From an uncultured Chloroflexia bacterium (GTDB lineage Bacteria > Chloroflexota > Anaerolineae > CG2-30-64-16), in NCBI GenBank assembly GCA_963810095.1, contig CAWEMM010000007.1, forward strand, positions 352,001-416,000: 64,000 nucleotides of DNA. The letters run 5' to 3'. A model generated the notes under the pieces. That model did no database searches, had not been told where the DNA came from, and worked only from the letters and a program-made list of their open reading frames with translations. Each line of letters starts with the position of its first letter. Within the stretch, counting starts at the first letter, position 1. The position numbers and the translations under genes are program-made. Below, one piece after another: positions 54,316-64,000 of this stretch.

Positions 54316-56083
<1,768 letters not shown>

Positions 56084-56087
<4 letters not shown>

Positions 56088-56374
56088 ATATCACGCTCGA
56101 GATCGACGAACTGGTGCTGCACGGCTTTCCCGCCGAGGCCCGCTACGCGCTGGCGGAGGCGCTGGAGCAGGAACTGCGCGAGTTGCTATCGCAGAGGGCG
56201 ACGAGGCCGCCCGGTCCTCGAACGCCGGGCAGATCTGTCCCGGATGGAGCGTCCGCAATGGGTGTCGACGGCTTGCCAACCGTGACCGTCGCTTTGCCGC
56301 CCGGTGCGACTCCGCAGCAGGCGGGCCGCCTCGCGGGCCGTGCGCTGTACGCGGCACTGGAGCAGGTCCGATGA
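56084..56374 (+). CDS. Small eCIS-associated hypothetical protein
   Basis: MNITLEIDELVLHGF..LAEALEQELRELL; coupled to both neighbours. Confidence 0.7.
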
Positions 56375-57795
56375 GCGGCCGGCAGATGGCGCAGACTCTT
56401 CCCGCGGGCCAGCGGGTCGATGGCGGGAGCCAGGGCGCGGGGAGCTCGCTCGTGACCCGTCCGCCCGAGCTTTCCCATCCATCCCCGGCGTTCGATTTCG
56501 GTAAGATCGGAATTGCTGGCGGGTCACAGGGTGGCGGCCAACAACAGCAGGTCGCCCAGGTTGCGGATATCACCTTCTCGACAGGGTCGCGCGAGGTGCA
56601 CGTCCCGCTGATGGGCATTGCGCAGGTGACCGCGCGCACCTCGCCGGCCAACGTCCCGAACATCACGTGGAGCCTGGCCGCGGGCACCGCCCAGGTGGCA
56701 TCGGCGACGGCCGTCAGCACGACCGGCGCAATCACGTTCGACCCCGCGCAAACGCCGGGCACGATCACGGTCAAGGCCGAGCAGGCGCTGCCCGGTGGCG
56801 CGACGGTTTTCGTAACCCGTGACCTGCGGTTGAGCTCGCACCCCAGCGGCATCGGCAGCACGTCGGACACGGGGGGCGCAGTGGCCGCGACGGATTACGG
56901 CAGCGTCTTCGACCACAGCTTCACCGCCGCGGCCGGGACTACGGCTGATATCGAGAACGTGCCGGTGGGCGAGAAGTTCCCGGCTCTGCCCAACCCCAAC
57001 GGCACGACGCATACGTTCGCGACACCCTTCGGCCAGCTTACGCTCAACACGAAGAACCTGGCCGCTACGCCGGGGAACGGTCTCAACTGGTTCGTCACGG
57101 GCGGGGGGTTGGGCGGCACGCACGACAACGTCACGATGGGCCGGGCGGGCATCAACCTCGGCAGTTTCCTCGCGAGCGCGTCGAACCCCACGCCGGCCAC
57201 GCCGCTCAGCGGCGCGACCTTTGACGCGGGCCAGGAGCTGCACTGGTTCTGCTGGCAGGACTCGAGCTGGCGCCTGGTCGCCCCCGTGACGCACCGGCGG
57301 GCGCTCATCAACCCGTCCAGCGGACCGAAGTTCCGGACGACCGTCAACGGCACGCCGCACGACGACGATTACACGGGCCATCCGGCCATCGTCCAGGCCA
57401 TGGCCAGCCCCGCCACCATCCCGCCTTCGGTTACGGGCCAGCCGGCGAGCACGTCGACCGTGAGCGCCACAACCTTCCCGGGCACGCTGCCCGCCGGCCA
57501 CAGCTTGCGCTTCAGCCTGCGGCCGCCGGCCCTGGGCTGCACGATCAACGCGACGACGGGCGTGCTGACCGCAGGCACGCAGACCGGCGTGGTGACGGTG
57601 CGAGTGCGCGACCTGGCGACGGCCAATCCCAATTTTGACGAGACGCAGGTAACAATCGCTGTGCCCCAGGCGCCCCCGCCGCAGCCGGTGCCTCCTACAA
57701 CGGGCGGCGCTGCAGTCGGGACGGGCACGACGCCCGAGATTCCGCCGGCGGACGTACCCGCTGAAACCACCGAGGAAGGGCGGCCCAACTCATGA
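56371..57795 (+). CDS. Thr/Gly-rich beta protein with two Ig-like repeats; candidate eCIS cargo or accessory protein
   Basis: Low-complexity N-terminus with PAFDFGKIGI; repeats ITWSL..VSTTGAIT..GTITVKA and LRFSL..INATTGVLT..GVVTVRV; no signal peptide. Confidence 0.65.
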   Translation: MSGRQMAQTLPAGQRVDGGSQGAGSSLVTRPPELSHPSPAFDFGKIGIAGGSQGGGQQQQVAQVADITFSTGSREVHVPLMGIAQVTARTSPANVPNITWSLAAGTAQVASATAVSTTGAITFDPAQTPGTITVKAEQALPGGATVFVTRDLRLSSHPSGIGSTSDTGGAVAATDYGSVFDHSFTAAAGTTADIENVPVGEKFPALPNPNGTTHTFATPFGQLTLNTKNLAATPGNGLNWFVTGGGLGGTHDNVTMGRAGINLGSFLASASNPTPATPLSGATFDAGQELHWFCWQDSSWRLVAPVTHRRALINPSSGPKFRTTVNGTPHDDDYTGHPAIVQAMASPATIPPSVTGQPASTSTVSATTFPGTLPAGHSLRFSLRPPALGCTINATTGVLTAGTQTGVVTVRVRDLATANPNFDETQVTIAVPQAPPPQPVPPTTGGAAVGTGTTPEIPPADVPAETTEEGRPNS

Positions 57796-58442
57796 CCACT
57801 TTTCCCAACTCGCCGCGGGTGCTCAAAGGCGGCATTGTCGTCGTCGACCCGGCGTCCGGGGTCGTCAAGCAGGTGATCCCGCTGCAGTACAACCCGGACA
57901 CGGTGACGCGCAGCCTGGCGCCCAAGGCCGCGGGCGAGGGCGCGACGCCGAGTGAAGCCTTGCGCCTGAAGGGCCCACCCGTCGAGACCATCCGGCTCGA
58001 GACCGCGATCGACGCGACCGACCAGCTGGCCGTTGGCGACAGCATCGCGACGGCCAGCGGCATCCAACCGCACCTGGCCGCGCTCGAGTTGCTCGTGTAC
58101 CCGAGCGCCGCGAACCTGGCCCAGAGCCACGCCAAGGAGCAGGCCGGCATTCTCGAGGTCGCCGCGCTGATCCCCGTGCTGACCCTCTTCGTGTGGAGCA
58201 AGTCACGCGTCATGCCGGTTCGCATTACCGACTTCTCCATCGTCGAAGAAGCCTTTGATCCCAACCTCAACCCGATTCGGGCGCGCGTCAGCATCAGTAT
58301 GCGGGTGCTGAGCATCGACGACCTGGGGTTCGCATCCAAGGGAGGGAGCCTCTACATGGCCTACCAACAGCAGAAGGAGCAGCTCGCCGGGCTCTTCCCG
58401 GCCGGCAAGCTCAGCACGCTTGGGCTGGGCGGTCTGCCGTGA
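57792..58442 (+). CDS. CIS tube-initiator/baseplate protein (Afp7 N-terminal-like)
   Basis: LQYNPDTVTRSL, LFVW..RVMPVRIT.FSI.EEAFD.NLNPIRA.V. Confidence 0.8.
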   Translation: MTTFPNSPRVLKGGIVVVDPASGVVKQVIPLQYNPDTVTRSLAPKAAGEGATPSEALRLKGPPVETIRLETAIDATDQLAVGDSIATASGIQPHLAALELLVYPSAANLAQSHAKEQAGILEVAALIPVLTLFVWSKSRVMPVRITDFSIVEEAFDPNLNPIRARVSISMRVLSIDDLGFASKGGSLYMAYQQQKEQLAGLFPAGKLSTLGLGGLP

Positions 58443-58816
58443 ACGGCCTGATCGACCCCCACGCCGCGCTGCAGGCGCTGATCTCGGGGACCGGGACGCA
58501 GTCCAGCCCGTTCGGCCCGACGAGCCGCTACGCGGGCATCGAGATTGCCAAGTGGACCCGGCCGGATGGGACCGAGGCGCCCTACCTGCGCCGGCGCTTC
58601 ATCCTCCCGCCCGAGGCGTACGCCTTGCTGCAGGAGCATACCGTCGTGCAGGGCGAGCGCCTCGACCTGCTGGCGGCCCGCTACCTGGGCGACCCCGAGC
58701 AGTTCTGGCGCATTTGCGATGCGAACGCGGCGCTCGACCCCGCCAGCCTCGAGATGCAGGGGGAAATCCTCCGCATCACGCTGCCCGCCGGGGTGCCCGG
58801 CGCGACGGTGGAGTAG
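58439..58816 (+). CDS. LysM-domain baseplate protein
   Basis: SRY..YLRRRF..HTVVQGERLDLLAARYLGDPEQFWRICDAN. Confidence 0.88.
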   Translation: MNGLIDPHAALQALISGTGTQSSPFGPTSRYAGIEIAKWTRPDGTEAPYLRRRFILPPEAYALLQEHTVVQGERLDLLAARYLGDPEQFWRICDANAALDPASLEMQGEILRITLPAGVPGATVE

Positions 58817-58820
58817 GCCG

Positions 58821-59949
58821 GTGCTGGGCGGGGTGAACCTGGCGCTGATGATCGGGCCGGCCGTGCCCGTGCCCGTACCGCAGGCGATCCTGGACGCGCT
58901 CGTCGAGGTCCAGGTCGTCACGACGGCGGGCGAGACCGCGAGCGGTTTCGAGCTGACCTTTGATCTTAGCAAGGATTCGCCGCTGCAGACGATCTTTCTG
59001 CTGAGCGGCGGCGCGTCGCTGCCGTTGGTTCGGGTGATCCTCACGGCTACGGTCAACGGCACGCCCGAGGTGCTGATCGACGGGATGATGACGCAGCACG
59101 AGACGACCGAGGGCAGCAAGCCGGGCATGTTCGGGCTCAAGATCAAGGGCAAGGACCTGACGACGGTGATGGATTACATCGACTTCAGCGGCATCCCGTA
59201 CCCGGCCATGCCCGAGTTCGCCCGGGTTGCGCTGATCCTGGCCAAGTATGCCGTGTTCGGCATCATTCCGCTGGTGATCCCGCCCATCCTGCTCGACGTC
59301 GAAATCCCGATCCAGCGCATTCCCATCCAGCGGGGCAAGGACCTGCCCTACATCAAGCAGTTGGCAGACCAGGTCGGCTACACGTTCTACCTGGAGCCGG
59401 GCCCCGCGCCGGGCATGAGCATTGCCTACTGGGGTCCCGAGATCCGCACGGGGCCGGCCCAGCCGAGCCTGAACCTTGACATGGACGCCGCGACGAACGT
59501 CGAGTCGCTGCGCTTCACGTTTAACAACGAGGAGCGCACGCTGCCCGTGTTGTTCATCCATGAGCCCATCACCCACGCGACGATCCCGATTCCCATCCCG
59601 AACATCAGCCTGCTCAAGCCGCCGCTCGGCCTGATCCCGCCGATCCCGAAGCGGATCGAGCCGCTGCGCGACACCTCGCACCTGAGCCCGATTGCGGCCG
59701 CACTGCGGGGCATCAACGCGGCAAGCCGCTCGAGTGACAGCGTCAGCGGCACGGGCTCGCTGGACGTGCTGCGCTACGGCCGCGTGCTCAAGGCGCGGCG
59801 GCTGGTGGGCGTACGGGGCGCGGGAGTGGCATTCGACGGCCTCTACTTCGTCAAGAGCGTGACCCATCGCATCTCGCGGGGGGTACAAGCAGAACTTTAC
59901 GCTGGTAAGGGATGGGTTGGTGTCGACCGTGCCGGCGGTGCCGGCGTGA
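58821..59949 (+). CDS. Baseplate hub protein (gp27/late-control-D/Afp8-like); last ~20 codons frameshifted
   Basis: SGFELTF, LIDGMMT, GKDLT..MD, LA..VGY.FY.EPGP, GSLDVLRYG.VL.AR..VGVRGAG..FDG.YFV..VTH. Confidence 0.8.
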
Positions 59950-59961
59950 GCGGAGTGTCTG

Positions 59962-60471
59962 ATGCCTGAAGGTCGCTACTACGGCAAGTACCGGGGTACG
60001 GTGGTGAACAACGTCGACCCTATGCAGCAGGGGCGCATCCAGTGCAGCGTGCCGGCCGTGTCCGACATTCTGAGCAACTGGGCGCTGCCGTGCGTGCCCA
60101 TCGTCGGGCGCCAGCAGGGCATTTTTGTCGTGCCCCAGGTCGGTGCGAATGTGTGGGTGGAATATGAGGCGGGCGACCCGCAGTACCCGATTTGGTCCGG
60201 CGGCTTCTGGGGCAGCGCGGCCGACGTGCCCGTGCTGGCGCTGGCGGGCGTGCCAGGCAACCCAAATATCGTGCTGCAGACGACGCTGCAGAACGCGATC
60301 GTGTTGAGCGACCTGCCCGGGCCGACCGGCGGCATCATGCTGAAGAGCCCGACCGGCGCGTCGATCATCGTCAACGACACCGGCATCTACATCCAGAACG
60401 GCAAGGGCGCGTCGATCGTGATGGTGGGGCCGGCCGTCACGGTCAACCAGGGCGCGCTGGTGGTGACCTGA
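59962..60471 (+). CDS. Baseplate assembly protein V / gp5-like OB-fold spike
   Basis: YYGKYRGTVVNNVDP...GRI, WALPC.P, VPQVGANVWVEYEAGD...PIWSG. Confidence 0.9.
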   Translation: MPEGRYYGKYRGTVVNNVDPMQQGRIQCSVPAVSDILSNWALPCVPIVGRQQGIFVVPQVGANVWVEYEAGDPQYPIWSGGFWGSAADVPVLALAGVPGNPNIVLQTTLQNAIVLSDLPGPTGGIMLKSPTGASIIVNDTGIYIQNGKGASIVMVGPAVTVNQGALVVT

Positions 60472-60472
60472 G

Positions 60473-60793
60473 ATGCCGGGCCCGCTGTTGCACGTAGGCG
60501 CTTCCGTGTTGTGCGCGCACGGTGGGCAGGCCCAGCCGACCGCGCCAAACCCGCGGGTGACGGTCAGCGGGATGCCTACGGTCACGCTGGCCGCGCCGTA
60601 CGTCGTAGCCGGCTGCCCGTTCAACGTCGGCGGCGGACCGAGCCCGTGCGTCACCGCGCAGTGGACCGTTGCCGCGACGCGCGTCTTCTCGAACGGCCAG
60701 CCGCTGGTGCTGATGGACAGCCAGGCGATCTGCACGCCAAACGGGACGCCGCTCGTGCCCGTCGCTGCACAGACACGGGTCATCGGGACGTAA
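60473..60793 (+). CDS. PAAR-like spike-tip protein
   Basis: LHVGASVLCAHGG..RVTVSG..GCPF..PCVT..RVFSNGQP..C; Cys/His metal ligands; follows the spike gene. Confidence 0.75.
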   Translation: MPGPLLHVGASVLCAHGGQAQPTAPNPRVTVSGMPTVTLAAPYVVAGCPFNVGGGPSPCVTAQWTVAATRVFSNGQPLVLMDSQAICTPNGTPLVPVAAQTRVIGT

Positions 60794-60814
60794 GGGGGAT
60801 GCGGGTGACGGCTA

Positions 60815-60885
60815 ACCACAAAGACACGAAGGACCAAAGGAGCACAAAGCCTTCGTGAGACTTTGGTTCTTCGTGTCTTTGTGGT
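60815..60885. repeat. 25-bp-arm palindrome with short-period CACRAAG units inside the eCIS operon
   Basis: ACCACAAAGACACGAAGGACCAAAG...CTTTGGTTCTTCGTGTCTTTGTGGT (one G-T pair). Confidence 0.8.
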
Positions 60886-60915
60886 GAACAGGCCGTTCGC
60901 ATAGGGAGGCCACTT

Positions 60916-61269
60916 ATGACTTACCTGGACTATCCCTACAACGTCGACGGGCGGGGGCGAACAGCCACGGCCGAGCGCGACGCGCACATCCGCGACCTGA
61001 TCGAGCAGGTGCTGTTCACCTCGCCCGGCGAGCGGGTTAACCGCCCCGATTTTGGCTGCGGCCTGCTGGCGCTCGTGTTCGCGCCCAACAGCGCAGAGCT
61101 TGCCGCGGCCAGCCAGTTCCTGGTGCAGGCGTCGCTGCAGCAGTGGCTGGGCGACGTGCTCGTGGTGGAGGGCGTGAGCGTGGAGGCGGCCGACAGCAGC
61201 CTGCGGGTGACCGTGCAGTACATCGTCAAGCGGACCGGCGAGCGCGAGATCGCGGAGTTCAGCCGATGA
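60916..61269 (+). CDS. GPW/gp25-family baseplate wedge protein
   Basis: HIRDLIEQVLFTSPGERVNRPDFGCGL..VF.PN. Confidence 0.93.
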   Translation: MTYLDYPYNVDGRGRTATAERDAHIRDLIEQVLFTSPGERVNRPDFGCGLLALVFAPNSAELAAASQFLVQASLQQWLGDVLVVEGVSVEAADSSLRVTVQYIVKRTGEREIAEFSR

Positions 61270-63848
61270 ACGAGCTCTACTTCTGTTGCGACGAGCGCCG
61301 CCGTGCGGCCGTGGCCGACCCAGGCTCAGGGCTCAACGGGATCGCCTATCTCGAGGTCCACGACGGCCCTGGCGTGCCCGACGCGGAGCGCCAGCAGCGG
61401 CTTTTCGTCCACTGCCTAAAGCCCGACGGGCTGAGCGGCCTGGACAAGAAGAACGTCGCAATCGAGGGCGGCGACCGGATCCGGAACGTCCGCGTGACCG
61501 CGGCCGCGGTCGATGCCGCAGACGATCATCTCCTTGTGGTCGACGTGGACGGGCCCGGTGACTTCTCGACCTACACCTTGCGCCTGGTAACGTCGCCGTC
61601 AGACCAGGCGCCGCCCGAGCCGTTCGACGTGCTGCTCTCCGCGGTCGACTTCTCGTTCAAGGTCGAATGCCCGAACGAGTTTGACTGCGGGACCGCGGCC
61701 GAGTGCCCGCCCGAGCCGCAGGCCGATATCGACGTCGAGTACCTCGCCAAGGACTACGCGACGCTGCGACGCCTTATGCTCGACCGGCTGTCGGCCATCG
61801 CGCCCGATTGGCGCGAGCGCAACCCGGCGGACCTCGGCGTCGCGCTCGTGGAACTGCTGGCCTACCTGGGCGACCGGCTGAGCTATCGGCAAGACGCCAT
61901 GGCGACCGAGGCTTATCTCGGCACCGCCCGCAGCCGTGTCTCCGTGCGGCGCCACGCACGGCTGGTGGACTATTTCATCGACGACGGGCGCAACAGCCGG
62001 GCCTGGGTCCACGTTCACCTCGCCGAGGACCGCGCGCCGGCCGATGGTCTGGTGCTGAAGCAGGTGGAAGCCGGGACCGGCGTACGCACGCGGTTCCTCA
62101 CCCGTTTTGCCGATGCGACCCCGGTCGCGGATGCCGATCTGCCCGCAGTCCTGCGTGACTACGCGCCCGAGGTGTTCGAGCCGCTGCACGACGCGTTCCT
62201 CTGCCCCAGCCACAACGAAATCCAGCTCTACACCTGGGACCAGTCGGCGTGCTGCCTGCCGAAGGGCGCGACCCGGGCGACGCTGGCCGATGACCCCGCC
62301 CGGCCCCTCCGCCTGCGCAAGGGCGACGTTCTCGTGTTCGAGGAACGGCTGGGGGCTCGCACGGGCCGCCCTGCCGATGCGGATCGCACGCACCGCCAGG
62401 CCGTCCGCCTGACCTACGTTCGCCCTGAGGCAACGGTAACCGTGGTGGACGGCGTCGAGACCCACGCGCCGGGCGGCGCCGTAACGGACAAGCTGACCGG
62501 GCAGGGCGTGGTAGAAGTCGGGTGGGACAAGGCCGACGCGCTGGCATTTCCCTTGTGCATTTCTGCCGTCACCGACGACGATCACGGGGGTGCCCTGGTA
62601 GCCAACGTGAGCGTGGCAGTGGGCAACATCGTGCTGGCGGATCACGGGCGCACCGTGACGGGCGAGGCGCTCGGCTCGGTGCCGGACGTGGCCCGGTTCG
62701 TTGCCGCCCCCCCGCAAGGCGGCGCTACCGGGACGAAGGAGTGCAAGCCTCCGCCCTTGCTTCCCGTGCCCCCGCGCTTCCGGCCCCGGCTGGCCCAGGC
62801 TCCACTCTCCCAGGCCGGGCGGTATGTCGACACGGCGCCCGCCCGCTACGGCCTTACGCCGCTCGATCCGGCCGCGTATCCGTCGATCACGCTGCATGGG
62901 GAACTGGAAGGCGAACCGAGCCTGTGGACGCCCGAGCGCGACCTGCTGAACGCCAAGGACGACGACGAGCGCTTTGTGGTCGAGATCGAACGTGACGGGA
63001 CGGCCTACCTGCGGTTCGGCGACGACGTCAACGGCAAGCGGCCGGATTCGGGCGCTACCTTCACGGCCGACTACCGGGTGGGCAACGGGCTGAAGGGCAA
63101 TGCCGGCGCAGAGGCGCTGCATCATTTCGTGGCCGGCGCTTCGGTTGCTGACGCAGTCGAATCGGTGCGTAACCCACTGCCCGCCGCGGGCGGCCGCGAG
63201 CCCGAGGATATCGAGGACGTGCGCCAGGCCGCGCCCGAGGCGTTCAAGACCCAGCGCCGTGCGGTCACTGCCGAGGACTACGCCGGGGTTGCCAATCGCT
63301 TCGAGGGCACGCAGAAGGCGACCGCAACCTTCCGCTGGACGGGCAGCTGGCGAACCGTGTTTATCACGGCGGACCGGCTGGGCGGCGACCCCGTAGATGC
63401 TGCCTTTGAGGCGGGCCTGCGGGATTTTGTCGAACCCTACCGGATGGCGGGTCAAGATCTCGAAGTCGATAGCCCGAAGCCGGCCCCGCTCGAGCTGGCC
63501 CTGCAGGTGTGCGTACAGCCGGGTCATTTCCGGTCCGACGTCAAGGCCGCGCTGCTCCAGGTGCTCTCGCGGCGCACGCTGCCCGACGGCCGGCGCGGCC
63601 TCTTCCACCCAGACAACTTCACGTTCGGGGCGACGCTGTACCTGAGCGCCATCCTGGCCGCGTGCCAGGCGGTGCCGGGCGTCGCGTCGGTCGAGGCCAC
63701 TGTCTTCCGTCGCCGGGGCGCGCAGGGCGAAGCCGTGCCCGCAAGCGGCAAGCTCACCTTCGGCTGGCTCGAGATCCCCCGGCTGGACAACGATCCGAAT
63801 TTCCCCGAGCGCGGGGTCCTCAGCCTTGCGCTTGACGGCGGGAAGTGA
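61266..63848 (+). CDS. Baseplate J-like protein (Afp11-like)
   Basis: YLAKDYATLRRLMLDRL..PDWRERNPADLG..LSYRQDA.ATEAYLGTA; LRFGD..GKRP; YRVGNG; RAVTAEDYA. Confidence 0.92.
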   Translation: MNELYFCCDERRRAAVADPGSGLNGIAYLEVHDGPGVPDAERQQRLFVHCLKPDGLSGLDKKNVAIEGGDRIRNVRVTAAAVDAADDHLLVVDVDGPGDFSTYTLRLVTSPSDQAPPEPFDVLLSAVDFSFKVECPNEFDCGTAAECPPEPQADIDVEYLAKDYATLRRLMLDRLSAIAPDWRERNPADLGVALVELLAYLGDRLSYRQDAMATEAYLGTARSRVSVRRHARLVDYFIDDGRNSRAWVHVHLAEDRAPADGLVLKQVEAGTGVRTRFLTRFADATPVADADLPAVLRDYAPEVFEPLHDAFLCPSHNEIQLYTWDQSACCLPKGATRATLADDPARPLRLRKGDVLVFEERLGARTGRPADADRTHRQAVRLTYVRPEATVTVVDGVETHAPGGAVTDKLTGQGVVEVGWDKADALAFPLCISAVTDDDHGGALVANVSVAVGNIVLADHGRTVTGEALGSVPDVARFVAAPPQGGATGTKECKPPPLLPVPPRFRPRLAQAPLSQAGRYVDTAPARYGLTPLDPAAYPSITLHGELEGEPSLWTPERDLLNAKDDDERFVVEIERDGTAYLRFGDDVNGKRPDSGATFTADYRVGNGLKGNAGAEALHHFVAGASVADAVESVRNPLPAAGGREPEDIEDVRQAAPEAFKTQRRAVTAEDYAGVANRFEGTQKATATFRWTGSWRTVFITADRLGGDPVDAAFEAGLRDFVEPYRMAGQDLEVDSPKPAPLELALQVCVQPGHFRSDVKAALLQVLSRRTLPDGRRGLFHPDNFTFGATLYLSAILAACQAVPGVASVEATVFRRRGAQGEAVPASGKLTFGWLEIPRLDNDPNFPERGVLSLALDGGK

Positions 63849-63861
63849 GCGGAGGCGCACC

Positions 63862-64000
63862 ATGGCACTCGATCCGACGATTCGCGGGCTGGATAGCTGC
63901 GGCTGTTGCGAGGGCGTGACCGCCGAGACGCCGGCCGTCATCTACAACCGGCCGGGCCTCCCCTCTATCTCATATCGCACCGGCGAGCACGCCGCGTTCC
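63862..64000 (+). CDS. Second baseplate J-like protein (Afp12-like), 5' part only
   Basis: GGAGG RBS; MALDPTIRGLDSCGCCEG..IYNRPGLPSISYRTGEHAAF. Confidence 0.8.
   Translation, partial: MALDPTIRGLDSCGCCEGVTAETPAVIYNRPGLPSISYRTGEHAAF

Noticed and set aside
61599-63941. Long antisense or alternative-frame ORFs (e.g. 2128-3555 +, 10029-11540 +, 49310-51157 -, 61599-63941 -)
   Set aside because: They are shadow ORFs expected in high-GC DNA opposite well-supported genes, and show no recognisable motifs.

Overview
High-GC bacterial chromosomal segment. It most likely comes from a Chloroflexota (Anaerolineae/Caldilineae-like) genome; this is inferred from the GT-C/YfhO genes, DUF5666/DUF5667 proteins, 'YLPLI'-type C-terminal motifs and VEKVVTQ-repeat lipoproteins. 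Many unrelated genes, including housekeeping ones, are broken by single-base indels, which points to uncorrected long-read errors rather than pseudogenes. Positions 1-48 kb hold housekeeping and metabolic genes: tgt, two GT-C membrane glycosyltransferases, a plant/eukaryote-type fhs, a BldN/RsbN-like ECF sigma module with DUF5666 proteins, a sirtuin, PadR-modAB, two LacI-controlled sugar ABC clusters (GH42 and GH3), peptidases, and a HipA-like kinase/DUF3037 operon. From 48.3 kb to the window end lies an extracellular contractile injection system (eCIS/Afp-PVC-like) that continues past the window: sheath, tube, DUF4255, AAA+ ATPase, LysM, hub, spike, PAAR-like tip, gp25 and two baseplate-J genes. 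A SARP/BTAD activator precedes it. The most striking unexplained signals are: a structured leader loosely resembling c-di-GMP-II upstream of the SARP gene; an 11-bp-periodic ATGTGA triplet with a promoter embedded in a terminator upstream of the eCIS operon; an Ig-like candidate cargo in the slot usually held by DUF4157; and three families of small palindromic dispersed repeats. No rRNA, tRNA or CRISPR array was seen.
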